A stretch of DNA of 63,812 bases, the filler included, from Octopus bimaculoides (Eukaryota): the NCBI RefSeq assembly GCF_001194135.2. It is 8 parts of 7 records of this genome, joined end to end, with 100 filler letters (N's around TTAATTAATTAA, not from the genome) between each part and the next. Parts side by side here need not be neighbours in the genome. Positions count along the whole stretch, not along the records: positions 17,812 to 27,156 come from NC_068983.1; positions 27,257 to 33,119 come from NC_068985.1; positions 33,220 to 43,090 come from NC_068990.1; 5 more parts are not named here. The stretch is one strand, 5' to 3'. Position numbers and translations under genes: made by a program. Below are positions 24,007-36,568 of this stretch, in pieces (the stretch's first letter is position 1; every line of letters starts with the position of its first letter). Below the pieces are notes generated by a model that saw only the letters and a program-made list of their open reading frames with translations, was not told where the DNA came from and did not search any database.

Positions 24007-24218
24007 ATAGGGCGGCGAGCTGGTAGAATAGTTAACATAGCGGACAAAATGTTTAGCGGCATTTCGTCCGTCTTTATCTTCTGAGTACAAATTCCACCAA
24101 GGTCTACTTTGCTCTACATCTTTCCGGTTCGATAATATAAATACCAATCAAGCACTGGGGTCGATGTAATCGACTTGCACCCTCTCCAGCAATTACTGGT
24201 CATGTGCCTAAATTTGAA
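24007..24218 (+). mobile_element. SINE family A
   Basis: GGCGGCGAGCTGGTAGAA head, GGGGTCGATGTAATCGACTT, GTGCCTAAATTTGAAA tail. Confidence 0.85.
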
Positions 24219-24900
24219 ATCAATGTTAGTAGTCAGTAAAAGATTTGTTCTGCTGGTGGATAAAAAGAAATGGAAGCAGGACGTTAGACTTTGCTCCAGA
24301 ATAACTGGAAATCGTTTTTTCTTAAATAGTCGTAAGAGATGTAAGAGAGAAGGAGAGAAGAAACGACATACATACAGATAACCTGTTTCGGAGTGAAGTA
24401 GGATATCAGACATGCTATAAGATAAAACGTAGAATATCTGTTCCTTAGAGGGGAATAAGATGCTTGATTTGCATGTTAGCAATAAGTGATAGCTAACTGA
24501 CCAGTTTGCAAGTTAGCAATCGTATACNNNNNNNNNNNNNNNNNNNNNNNNNNNNNNNNNNNNNNNNNNNNNNNNNNNNNNNNNNNNNNNNNNNNNNNNN
24601 NNNNNNNNNNNNNNNNNNNNNNNNNNNNNNNNNNNNNNNNNNNNNNNNNNNNNNNNNNNNNNNNNNNNNNNNNGTATACTTCAAAAAGAAGGGGACAGAA
24701 TCGTGCAGTAAATAAAGAAAAGATGGGTTGGTCACGCTAGGAATGTTTTTTAGGGTATAAGGGCAGGTATGAGGATTAACGACAAGAGCAACTAAAGGCT
24801 GGCTCATTAGAGATGAAGAAACAAGTAGAAATATCAATGGCTGCAGCATCAAAATAAGGTCAAAATCAGATTATTCTATTTTAGGTCGATGTCCATAGAC

Positions 24901-25195
24901 GCAGGCATGGGTGTGTGGCAAACGATTCGCTGCCAAATCGCATGATTCTGGGTTCATTCCCATACATGGTACCTTGGAAAAATGCCTTTTACTATAGCCT
25001 CAGACTAACCAAAGCCTTGTGAGTGCATTTGGTAGACGGAAACTGAAAGAAGCATGTCGTGTGTGTGTATATATATGTGTGTGTGTGTGTGTGTTGTGTT
25101 TGGGCGTGTGTTTGTCCTCCACAACATCTTAACAACCGGTGTTGCTGTGTTTAGATGCCTGTAATTTAGTGATTCGATAAATGAGGAACGACAGA
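24901..25195 (+). mobile_element. SINE family B, degenerate
   Basis: GCAGGCATGGGTGTGTGG head, CCAAAGCCTTGTGAGTG..GACGGAAACTGAAAGAAG, internal (TG)n. Confidence 0.8.
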
Positions 25196-25487
25196 GTGCA
25201 GTGGAATTATTTTAGCATATGATCAGGTATAGCATACAGTTCATATTTTAAAATGATTCTGCTTGTCATTGCGTTACTTAGCCCGTTGGTAACGCTTTGA
25301 CGTGATTAGAGAAAAAGAGGGCGAAAGAAAATAGGGAGAGGGAAAAAGAGGGAGGGAGAAGCGTCCATGACGTGAGATAGAGGGAATATAATTGTAACGC
25401 TTTCACGTGATTAGTTGAAAGGAAAGAGTGGAGAAAGGAAAGGAGCGAACAAAGAGGATAAGGCGATTAGTGAGACTGGAAGAGGGA

Positions 25488-25550
<63 letters not shown>

Positions 25551-26418
25551 GAAAGAAAAGAGACGGCGAGAGAAAAATAGGAAGAGAGAAGCATCCATGA
25601 TGCGAGGTACGTGATGTGAGTGGTGATGTTCTGATGATGAGGTTAAAGAAGGACAGAGAGAAGGGTAGGGAAAGAGAGGAGTAGGGAGAGAGAGGGGTAG
25701 GAAGAGAGAGGGGTAGGGAGAAAGAGGAGTAGGGAGAGAGAGGAGTAGGGAGAGAGGGTGAGGGTGAGAGAAGAGAAGGAGAGAGAGGGGGAGAGAGAGG
25801 GAGAGAGAGGGAGAGAGAGAGAGAGGGAGAGAGAGATGATGATGGTAGTGGTAGTCGAGATGGAGGCGGTGGTAATAGGATAGTGAACAGTGTATTTTTA
25901 AAAATTAAACTACGTTTTTTTTATATCACCTATCAGTTAACGCATGCGCTTAAGTACAATTCCATGAAGTATTCTCGCTTATTTACGTGGCAGATATATG
26001 CAATTTAAACAAAGGTTGTATCATATGTACGGGATATTTTTTTGTTTGTTTATGGGAAAAATGGAAAAATAAGAGTGAATATTTATTTTACGAGTACTGC
26101 GTATCAAATCTATAAAATTGTGCAGAAAGTATGTTAAGTGTATATATAAAGTGCATTAAGTAATCATCGTATTCCAATTTATTTCACTTTTCAACGAGTA
26201 GCAGATGAGTGATTATTTTTCCATAAAGACTCAACACAGGCTGTTTTCAGCTTTTTTGGATAAAGTTTTCATAAATAACTCAATAAGTTTAGCTTTAATT
26301 CTGTGAAATATTCACAGGTCCCGCTAGTTTGATAACAATGTAAGAAATAAATTCTTTTCAACTCGTTAATATTGTTGTTGTATCATTCACATTGTGTCAT
26401 TTGCTGTTTTTGTCCGTT

Positions 26419-26450
<32 letters not shown>

Positions 26451-27074
26451 TCAGCAGTAATAGCGTAACTTAGTTTAGACAATTTAGTAATTACATATAT
26501 AATACGTATATCATACATATATAATACAAAACCACATTAAAATAGAAATCCAGAAACGAAGACAGCACAAACATGAGCAAAGAAAGGAAACAGAAGAGAA
26601 AAAAGAAGGGGAAAAGGAAGAAAACAACAAAGGAAAAGGAAAAGCATGAATCCAACACTAACTGCTTCAACTTGTCGCACATCACAAGGTTCAATGGGAC
26701 CTACTAAAGCAAGCCAACATGCTCGCGGCATTACTGCGAACAATGGCGAGACTGAGACGTTGGAACAGCCAGGCACACTCACAAGCATCACGTGACACTT
26801 CGGTAAGGTGAACAGCCAAAGATGACAAGAACTTTGTTGTTAGCAGCTCAGCCCTTCCAAACGTCTCAAACATCACAGGTTGGACGATATTAGTTCACTC
26901 ATAAGCTCCGGTAATTAAGGATTTTGTTCTGTTCGGTTATGGAATCAGTGATCCTTCCTTTCATTGCAGCATCAGGGGTGTGGGAGGGAGAAAAGGAGTC
27001 ACAGATTGTGACAAACCGGATGAGGGGCAAAGGGTAAAACCGCCTGGTCTCTTCCCATCACTTCTGGATAATCA

Positions 27075-27156
27075 CGACGTCAACAGAACAGCCTGTTCGT
27101 GAAATTAATGTGCACGTGGCTGAGCACTCCGCATACACTACTCTCAACGTAGTAAT
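27075..27156 (-). mobile_element. SINE family C 3' fragment cut by the contig end
   Basis: GTGAAATTAATGTGCACGTGGCTGAGCACTCCGCA matches 16291-16326. Confidence 0.7.
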
Positions 27157-27256
27157 NNNNNNNNNNNNNNNNNNNNNNNNNNNNNNNNNNNNNNNNNNNN
27201 TTAATTAATTAANNNNNNNNNNNNNNNNNNNNNNNNNNNNNNNNNNNNNNNNNNNN
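27157..27256. other. Artificial scaffold spacer
   Basis: 44 N + TTAATTAATTAA + 44 N. Confidence 0.97.
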
Positions 27257-27589
27257 GAGTGACTTGGTAGTAGTGATTGAATTCTTGACATGTCTCTTTT
27301 CAATGTATTGTTTATAATATTTGTGTAGGTGTTATTCTAAACAGCATTAGTAGTAAAGTAAGGAAGGGGGTGGCGGAGAGGAAGAAGAAGACGAAGAAGG
27401 AGAGAGAAGCAGAGAAAGAATAATAAGAGAATGCGAGATGGTAGGATAGTAGCAGGTTGTTAAATGGTTAAGTGACCTAAAAGTGGCTCGTTGTGGATTA
27501 TAGCAGTGATTGGGACTGTTTTTAATGAATTCTTTTGTATCTCTTTTAAATGTATCATTTTTAATATTTGCATGTATGTTATTCTAAGG

Positions 27590-28640
27590 TCGTGGTGGAT
27601 ATGTCATTTGTTGTAGATGCATTCAAAAGGGGTCTGTATTTTGTGATAAACGGAGAATCTTTACTAATTCGCTGACTACAGTTCGTATCGTCCCTGAATT
27701 GATAGAGGGGGGAAATTCTGAAGCTTAGATTTTTGTTATTGGCGCAAATGTCGATGTGTGTCTGAATACTATTTTCTGCTTTTTGGAACTTTGATCTGGG
27801 ATCTGTGCAGAGCCATCCTTTGGCGTAGACTGTTTTTGTTTGGCCAATGTATTGCCCTTGACACCCAGAGCAGGTTAGCAGGTTAGTATATCAGGTTCTC
27901 CGAAGGACATGTGAAGCTGCTTTTCACTGTGAAATATTGTTCCTGTTTGAAAGAGAACTCTGATCCCTCAATTAAATTGATGCATATCCCACAGTTGGGT
28001 CTTCCGCATCTTTTTACTGACGGCTTCAGTGTTGTTTTTGAGCGTATATTGGGCATGTGTTAGGAGACTTTTCATAAATTTGGGCTGTCCCTTGCTTTTT
28101 ATGATGGTGTGTGTTCGGAGGATTAAGTTCATTCCGTGGTCCTTTTTTTTTTAGCAGGGGAATGTTTTGAAGGATGGTGTCGAAGGCTTCATTGTTAGGA
28201 GGGTTGTGTGTGGAGATGTATGGTAGGGCTTTTGGTCATAAATCCTTCTTTAATTTGGGATGTCTGAGTTCGTGGATGTTGAGTTGTAGGGCACATTGAA
28301 AGCATATGTCAATTAGTGAAGGTGGGTAGTATCTGGTGATGAGTGTATTCTATAGTTCATGTAGTCGTGTGTCCCGGGTGCTTACATTAGAAACTATAGT
28401 ACATATCCTTTTTGCTAGGTTGAAGAGGATATTCATTCTGGTGTGTCTGGGGTGGCATGAGTTGAACGGTAGATATTGCTTGGAGTCCGTGGGCTTATAG
28501 TATATATCTGTTTCTATTACGTTGTTAGATTTCTTAATGAGGATGTCGAGGAAGGGAAGTTGCTGATGGCTATATTCCATCGCGAATTGAATGTTTACAT
28601 CAAGCGCATTTATAAGTGCTTGAAATTCTTTAAGTCTCTC
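27590..28640 (-). mobile_element. Penelope-like element, 5'-truncated (RT thumb, Cys-rich linker, GIY-YIG), frameshifted
   Basis: LPFLDILIKK..TDIYYKPTDSKQYLPFNSCHPRH; ALPYISTHNP; CGRPNCGIC; NLIY..CSGCQGQYIGQTKNSLRQRMALHRSQI. Confidence 0.9.
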
Positions 28641-28734
28641 TATACTTATATATAGATTTGTGTGTGTCTGTAAAACTTCTTTTTTCCGATTTCCGATTAA
28701 CCAGGAATATAATATATTATATACTACTCTCGGC

Positions 28735-28935
28735 ACAAGACCCGAAATTTTGGGGGAGGGGAGCAAGTCGATTAGATCAACCCCACTATGCAATTGGTAC
28801 TTAACTTATCGACCCACAAAGGATGAAAGGCAAAGTCGACCTCGGTGGTATTGAAACTCAGAACGTAAAGACAGACGAAATGCCGCAAAGCATTTCGCCC
28901 GGCGTACTAAAGTTTCTGCCACCTGGCCACCTTAG
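28735..28935 (-). mobile_element. SINE family A
   Basis: TTGGTACTTAACTTATCGACCC..AAAGTCGACCTCGG..AACTCAGAACGTAAAG. Confidence 0.85.
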
Positions 28936-29057
28936 GAATATGATATATTATTTAATACAAGAGTAGAATATGTCAATATTCTATATAGATAGTATATTGT
29001 TGTACCCAAACTCACATATGCATGCATTCATACACTCATGAGCGAGTCTTTATTATC

Positions 29058-29146
<89 letters not shown>

Positions 29147-29164
29147 CGTACGACTCTACCGCAA

Positions 29165-30143
29165 TGTATCATCAGATGAAAAGATGAGCTTATATGAGCA
29201 GAAGACTATTCATGGATATGTTAGTAGAAAGCTCCGAGATGATAGTAACACTGATCATCAAAGCAGTCTATCCTGGACCAACAGCCGGGTTACTACCTCC
29301 CACTTAGAAGGGTATGCGTTTACAATCCAGGAACAGGTAATATGAACCAAATACCTGATGCACAAGAGGGATAGAGATGCAGGAAAATTAGTAAACTGTG
29401 ACAACCAATGCAGATTTTGTGGAGTTAACACCGAAGATATAACTCACATCATAAGCAGTTGTCCTAAAATGTCATCACGGTATTATCTACCGGTGAGACA
29501 TGGTGTTGTAGCTAGGACACTATAATGCAATCCATCGGAAGGGTAACCCTGAGGACAAAGAAATAAGAACCCACAGTACGGTATATGTCATAGTCACTCA
29601 TAATAAAAAGGAATACTAGTGGAATGATGTAATGAAGAACTCAATAAAAGGTAAGCACAACAGACCTGATATAATGATTTGGGATAGAGAAGAGAAACTG
29701 TGTACAGTTGGGGAAATTAGCTGCCCAGTAGATGTTAACATAAAGCTGGAGATCAGTGAAAAAGAGAATATCTACGATGAACTGTTGAGTAGTCTGCAGT
29801 TACTCTATCCAGATTACAAGTTCAGGTTTATACCTGTAATTATTTGGGCCCTAAGATATGTAACATACTGCCTAAATACCAATCTTGAGAATTAGGCTTC
29901 TCAAATCCAGAAAGGAGAAAGCTAATTCACAAACTACATAAAAATTTGTAAAACTTTCCAGGAGTTTATCATTTAAATATATGAGTATTCTAGATATGCA
30001 ACTATATGCATGAAAATACATGCGTAAAATAAAACATACAAATCTGCACATATGCATACATACAAATAAAAAATTCTGTTGTTGATTTTGGAAGAGCCTT
30101 GGATCTAGGTTAGAAACCAGCTCTGTCTGTATTGGCAAGAAAT
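29165..30143 (+). mobile_element. R4/R2-type non-LTR retrotransposon, 5'-truncated (CCHC finger, REL endonuclease, 3' UTR)
   Basis: CRFCGVNTEDITHIISSC (C-x2-C-x8-H-x4-C) at 29409-29462; RPDIMIWD..EISCP..EKENIY from about 29662. Confidence 0.9.
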
Positions 30144-30205
30144 CTTGAAATTAAACTGAATAATGACATGCATACATACATACATACATACGTACATACA
30201 TACAT

Positions 30206-30242
<37 letters not shown>

Positions 30243-30389
30243 GAAGTCACAGCTCACAAAATGTAACAGCAAGACATTTGACTTAAGTTTCAATCTTGAA
30301 CTTTGTTTTCTCTCTGTTAAGTATTTGTCAGCATGGAAAGCAGTCTTCAGATAATATCAACAAACGGAAAACATTGAAAAGTAACTTAA

Positions 30390-30870
30390 TAGACATTATT
30401 TACAAAGGACGAATACCTGTACTCACCTTTTTTGTTGCTATCATGACCTTTCGGCTGATGGCCTTCATCGGGTGGTCTGGTGGAATTTTGAACGCAACTC
30501 TTTATTTGATAAGGGGTACACTGTTCTGATGTTATTTTTCAGATATTAGTTTTCAATGCGAGTCTTAGTATCCCACGCTCTTATCCACTGTGGTATATCC
30601 ACGTGGGTAATTTTAAAGTGAATTTTGGTGCTTATAAACCTAGTATTTATATTTTATCAAGTAAAATAAATTCAAAACTGGCTCCCATATTACATTCATA
30701 TCCGCATTCATAATTGCATTAGGAATGAGAACAGTATACCCCATTAGTCAAATAAAGGGTTGGGTTCGAAATTCCACCAGAACACCCGATGAAAGCTGAA
30801 ACGTTGTGATAACAACAAACGCGGTGAGGACACCTATCCGCCCATTGTAAGTAATGTACATAATTCCTCA
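30390..30870. repeat. Inverted pair of hammerhead-bearing repeats (30390-30535 minus, 30725-30870 plus)
   Basis: The arms are mutual reverse complements with mismatches; both homologous to 37240-37350. Confidence 0.8.
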
Positions 30871-31882
30871 CCTCAAAAATAAAAAATAGTAGTTACCTAA
30901 TATATCGTTAATGATTAAAACTTTTTTTTAAATTTTAGAAAAATACACGAAAATGGTAGAAAGAATAAGATGCAGAAAAAATAAACAGCGAGCGAGGGAG
31001 GAAACGAAATTGTAAAAATATACAGAACATAAATACAAACCAATAATTATCAAATAAACAATAATGAACAAGTAAAAAAATTTCAAAACTGTGTCTGAGT
31101 CAGAAATTAAACGTACACTGTTTACATTTTCAAATTCTCAAGTCTCGAATTTTTCAGGACATTTGATACATAAGTTTCTGCAAAAATATATGAATTTAAT
31201 TGGAGTTTTTATAAAAATTTATGTTTTACTCTATTATTTTGTTTCAAACGTTATGTTTTTATCGCATGCCTTATACGAATGTAATGAGACAAGACAAAAT
31301 ATTGTCTCATATATTATTTTCTGGATGGAAGTAACCAATTCATTTAAAATCTATATAAGATGCACGCAAAGGTACTCAAAAACAGGGTAGCAAAAATTAT
31401 ATTTTGTTTCTCAAGTCACGAATTATTTATCCCAACAGAGAAATCACAACATTAAACTACAAATATATGAATTGAATTGATTTTAATATACAAATATGAT
31501 TAAACTAACATTTTTTACACTATCAAAATATTCAAAACATTGCTTTCCCTGTAATGTAATGATCTTCAGACGATATTAGTATTTATTCAAATGTTTTGTT
31601 AAATAACACTGTATTATAACAAACTATCTAGACATCAGTTGTCGCTTTCATATCATAAAACTTTCAAAACACTTAAAAGAAACCACTTCAAATATCTGCG
31701 GACAGACACTACTCATTCGAGCATAGTGATAATCACATATAAAATCTAGAATATGTTAAGTAAAAGGTCCAGCAAAGTACTTTGAAATTATCATAATTAG
31801 AATTAGAATAGAAGTAACGTTTAATAATCGTAATCCTTATGTAAGCATTAAGTTTAATCATATATATATATATATATATATA

Positions 31883-32860
31883 CACTCATGGCCAGAATGC
31901 ATGCCTCATTGATTTATAAGCAAGAATTCATCCCAGTAATGTTAATTTTAATCACTAGTCGATCGTCCAAATCAGTTTTCCTATCACTCAGTGTTATGGA
32001 GTTTTCTGCGTGATTACTGAGCCCTGATTAGTTGATGTGCTCTGATTGACTGATCGAATATCTGATAAGCTGTCAGTAAATTATATTATGACAACTCGTT
32101 CTTGTTGATCATTTTCCTATCGTTGTAAAGAATGCCTAGTCGAAGAATTTCTTCGGAAAGTCATGCTCAGATAAAAGTTCTGTACTAAGAAGGATACAGC
32201 ACTCGACAAATTGGTGTAAGATTGAAAATGCCGTAGAGAACTGTTTCAAAGTCAATAAACAACTCGAAATCTACTGGGAAATATAGAGTTGGCAAGCCAA
32301 TGGGTCGCCCAGGAACCTCTACCGTGCGAATAGACGATGCTATCATTCTAGCCGCCAAATAGTCACCCAAAATGTCTTCCAAAGCTATTCATGCTGGTCT
32401 ACCAAACGAAAACCAGGTTCCTTATTAAAAAACAATTCGTAAAAGATTATTTGATGCTGGCCTGAAGTCCTACAAGCCTTCAAGGAAACCAAGGATCACC
32501 TTGAAAAATATTGCTGATCATTTGACATTTTGCCAAAGGTATAAAAATTAGTCAGTCGAGCAATTGAAATGAGTTATGTGTTCGGATGAAACGCAGGTGT
32601 CACAATTTCATGCATGTTGCAGACATGTGAGAGAACCTCCTAAGCGAAGTGATAATCCTCGCTACATTACCCCGAGTGTTAAAAATGCTCCAAAAGTTAT
32701 GGTGTGGGGAGCCATATGTGCTGGTGGAAGATGCGGACTGTGGTTTGTGCCTGAAAGTGTAAAATTCAAGGGAGATAATTACCTTGAAATTCTGCAAACG
32801 AAAGCCCCGCAATTTATGGAGATCGAGCAGTGCAGGCACTTCCAGCATGATGGAAGAGAT
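31883..32860 (+). mobile_element. Tc1-like DNA transposon, 3'-truncated
   Basis: Starts CACTCATGGCC immediately after (TA)n, consistent with a TA target; contains the transposase below. Confidence 0.75.
32132..32852 (+). pseudogene. Tc1-like transposase pseudogene (HTH, SDE and QHDG catalytic Asp; third residue missing)
   Basis: MPSRRIS..GRP..TIRKRLFDAGLKSYKPSRKP..MCSDE..VMVWGAI..FQHDG in one frame with six stops. Confidence 0.9.
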
Positions 32861-32988
32861 ACAAAGAAAGAGAACGTATGTGTGTATGCATGTATATATG
32901 TGTGTATGTATATATATATATATATATGTGTATATAAACATATGTACATATATATATATACATGTATATATATATATACATATATATG

Positions 32989-33060
<72 letters not shown>

Positions 33061-33119
33061 CATATATATATATACATACATATATATATACATATATATA
33101 TACATATATATATACATAT

Positions 33120-33219
33120 NNNNNNNNNNNNNNNNNNNNNNNNNNNNNNNNNNNNNNNNNNNNTTAATTAATTAANNNNNNNNNNNNNNNNNNNNNNNNN
33201 NNNNNNNNNNNNNNNNNNN
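33120..33219. other. Artificial scaffold spacer
   Basis: 44 N + TTAATTAATTAA + 44 N. Confidence 0.97.
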
Positions 33220-33404
33220 CCTCCACCTGTCGGGATGTTTTCAGCAACAAGAATAAGAATGGCAACGGTTTCTTACCCGACATAAATATAAAGTTTTACA
33301 GCGTAGGTGAAAGAACGAGGGAGCGAACTCAAATCGCCAAGAAGTTGCTATTAACAGCTCAATAATTTCCCCCTTCCTGCTAATGACTCTGCAATTTTGC
33401 TGCA

Positions 33405-33600
33405 GAATGGTTCGCACGCCGGGAAAAATGCTTAGAGGCATTTCGTCCGACTTTACGTTCTGGGTTCAAATTCCGCCAAAGTTCGACTTTGCATTTCATC
33501 CTTTCGGAGTCGATGAAATAGATACCAGTTGAGTGCTGGTGTCGATGTAATCGACTTACCCCACCCTCAAAACTGCTGGCCTTGTGCCGAAATTTGAAAC
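33405..33600 (+). mobile_element. SINE family A
   Basis: GTTCTGGGTTCAAATTCCGCC..CCTTTCGGAGTCGATGAAAT..GGCCTTGTGCCGAAATTTGAAAC. Confidence 0.85.
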
Positions 33601-34302
33601 TAATATTATCAAATATTCGCCAACATGTATGAGTTTCAAATTTAAACATCCTAAGTATAAATTCGAGCAAGTCTCTCGGCTACAATATCAACTGAAACAC
33701 GATCTTCAGGCGTGAAAAGAGACGTAGATGTTTGTCATGTTTTTTCGTGTTTTGACCAAAAGAAGGGATACAAGCTGGACCAAGAGTTAGATATAGACAT
33801 GAAGAAATAGTATTGTCATAGCATAGATTTATTGATTATTCTCTTCAACATTCACGGAACTGTTTCTACAAAAAGAGACTATATTTTGTATTTAAAGGCA
33901 AAATAAACAAAATATTTATTTTACTGGATTAAAAAGCAATTGGAATTCATCATCGTAAGCAGTTGTACATCACCTGACATAAAGAAAGGCTTATACAGTT
34001 ATAGATACTGTCTTCTGATTCAATACAATAATCAAAGGCCCTTTTGTCCATCCAAACTCCATTAAAAAAAAATGCAAACAGCCAGGTTGCTCTGACTATA
34101 ATGTGTGGTATGTTTTCTGTTCGACATCCAACCAATTAGAGCTGCCATATTTATCAATGAGCGGATGAAAAATAAAATAGACTGAATCTTCCATTAAAAC
34201 TATGAGCAATAGAATAGCAAATTATAAGTAAAAGGAGTCAACGATTTGACAAAGTATCAAAGTCGAAACAAAAATCTTATGTTGCACAAGACTAACAATT
34301 AA

Positions 34303-34386
<84 letters not shown>

Positions 34387-34554
34387 ATACACTTGTATTT
34401 CTGTCTAAATATATATACAATAAAGCAAAGAAAATCTATTTATTTTGTATCATCAAAGAATAATTTCTCAACGAATTTACAAAGAAATGAATAAAATAAT
34501 AAATTTGTAAAACTGTACGAGTGGTAAGTTCTGTTGCTGTCGACACACATGTAG

Positions 34555-34677
34555 GAAATATGCTGAAATAAACTCAGTTGTAATGGAAGTCTTTGGTAAC
34601 ACACGGCTAGAACTAAAAGATCGATTGCAAAAGTCTGCGAGCCGCATCGAAAATAATGGCATTGCGTTAGATAACAG
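34555..34677 (+). CDS. Candidate internal exon, product unknown
   Basis: TGTAG acceptor, AG|GTAGTT donor, 123 nt phase 2-2; KYAEINSVVMEVFGNTRLELKDRLQKSASRIENNGIALDN. Confidence 0.45.
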
Positions 34678-35399
34678 GTAGTTTATTATGAAACCGATTC
34701 CAAACTGAAACGCCCGGGGGCTATTGTTGAACCTTAATAAAGAGTGACAACTATTAACAACTATCATTGTTAATCAAAAAGGAAAAGGGTTTTTTTCTAA
34801 TTTTTTAATAATGAAATAATTGTAATTAAAGAGGCAAAAGTGGAATATTAAATGTAGAATACATAAGAATTGAGAAAATATATATAAAATCAATCATAAC
34901 AGGTTTAGATGATTTTATTTATTGAATAAGAAAATATTTTATAAAGTTTCTTATTTCAAAGATTTTAGATTTATTATTTATTAATGGCAAAATTCCTATT
35001 AAATTTAATTCTAATCATCTTCATTTCATTAGTCTTGGCAGCATCCCTTTTGCTTTTCTGGATACAAATTATTATTGCTTTTTTTTCTAGATGTTTAATT
35101 TATTTTCTGTGATATTATGCTTAAGATCTTAAAGACTGGGAACGCAGGCTACAACTTATTAGAGATAGCTTTTTCATTAGTTTCTGCGATTGTTTTGGTT
35201 TTTCTCCTCAGTAAACCAGCGACGCGTTGTCTCTGATACTCTGTGTGATCAAAGATGTCTTCTGGTAGCTTCTGTGTCCTTGTCACATATTTTAACCCGA
35301 TGTTTGGGATCTTATCATGTTCTCGTGTCTTTCAGTTTATTATGCAGTGTTTGTCCCTTTTTGTATTGTTATAACTCCCCACAAGCATACACAATTTTA

Positions 35400-35861
35400 A
35401 CGGAGCTAAAGTATGTGGACCGAAGCCGCTTGGCACAGACTGTCCTTCAACTCTGTCGCGCATGCGCACTAAGTTATAACGTTGTCTCTCATTTCCGTTG
35501 TGTATTGCAGTGCTTACAAGTATAGTGTGTAGTGTGCGGTTGTCTCAAAAAGACGATCGGGTTTCAGATGCGCAGGATCTTGTTTGTGCCGAGAATGTTG
35601 TGAGCATTTTCAAAAGGATTTTTTCTTTTGAAAACGCTCACAACAGGTGACGAATCGTAGGTCTATGGCTATGAACAATGGCTATGACCCCAAAACGAAA
35701 TAACTGTTTGCTATCCGAAACAAAGAGTTCCAGGGATGCTTCTATTAATGGAGGTGTATGGCTTCAAAAAGGTGACTACTTCGAATGAAATTAAAAACCG
35801 AATTGTTATGTCGTTTTATTTTTATAGTAGTAGTTCCGATGGTGTTTGACCATAGCTCGTA
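35400..35861 (+). mobile_element. Internally deleted mariner remnant
   Basis: TGDES*VYGY / YDPKTK near 35645-35700; CMASKGDYFE-like C-terminus near 35755-35785; ends ..AGCTCGTA. Confidence 0.6.
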
Positions 35862-36414
35862 CAAATGCTGTGTTCATTGTTCGAACAGTCTCGTCCGTGG
35901 CGAATCCTTCGCTGCCCATTTTCCTCCTCAGAATTTTCCTATTTCTCTTGTCTCGGAGCTGCTTTGATTTCTGTTTTATTTTTACCCAGTTCTGCATAAA
36001 ATTGTTTTAGTTTAGAGTCGAACTTATTGTCTTGTGTTTTCTTACGGAAGAGAAGAGTGCCAGTGTTAGAATTTACCACCTCATTTCTACAGGTGTTTAT
36101 CGCATTGTTCCATCTATGGTAATCACTTCCAAATTTAATTAATTCATGAAATTATTGAAGCTGTGGCTAATGCAATTATCATGCTGCAAATATGTCGGAA
36201 ACAGTTTCTGAAAACGAAATCAAATCATCAACGGTGGAACTTAAATTGACCGCTAATTTGTTACTTTCTTTGTGAAATGGTAAAAAGATAAACGAATGTT
36301 GTGTAGATATTTTAGGAGAATCATGGAAGTAATTTAAAACAATTGAGGAAATTTTCGCAAGAAGAAGAGGGCAAACAAATCAACGACAACAGAAGCAGAA
36401 ACAATGGCAACAGT

Positions 36415-36415
<1 letters not shown>

Positions 36416-36495
<80 letters not shown>

Positions 36496-36505
36496 GTCGA
36501 CGTCG

Positions 36506-36567
<62 letters not shown>
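36416..36567. repeat. Compound microsatellite (ATC)n(GTC)n
   Basis: Directly visible; source of the poly-S/D/I/V ORFs in the track. Confidence 0.95.

Positions 36568-36568
<1 letters not shown>

Noticed and set aside
26645-26800. GC-richer stretch with short ORFs on both strands
   Set aside because: No domain recognised and no consistent splice frame
32853-33119. YI/HT/VC/LSI-rich ORFs here and throughout the window
   Set aside because: Translations of (TA)n, (CA)n, (GATA)n and similar microsatellites
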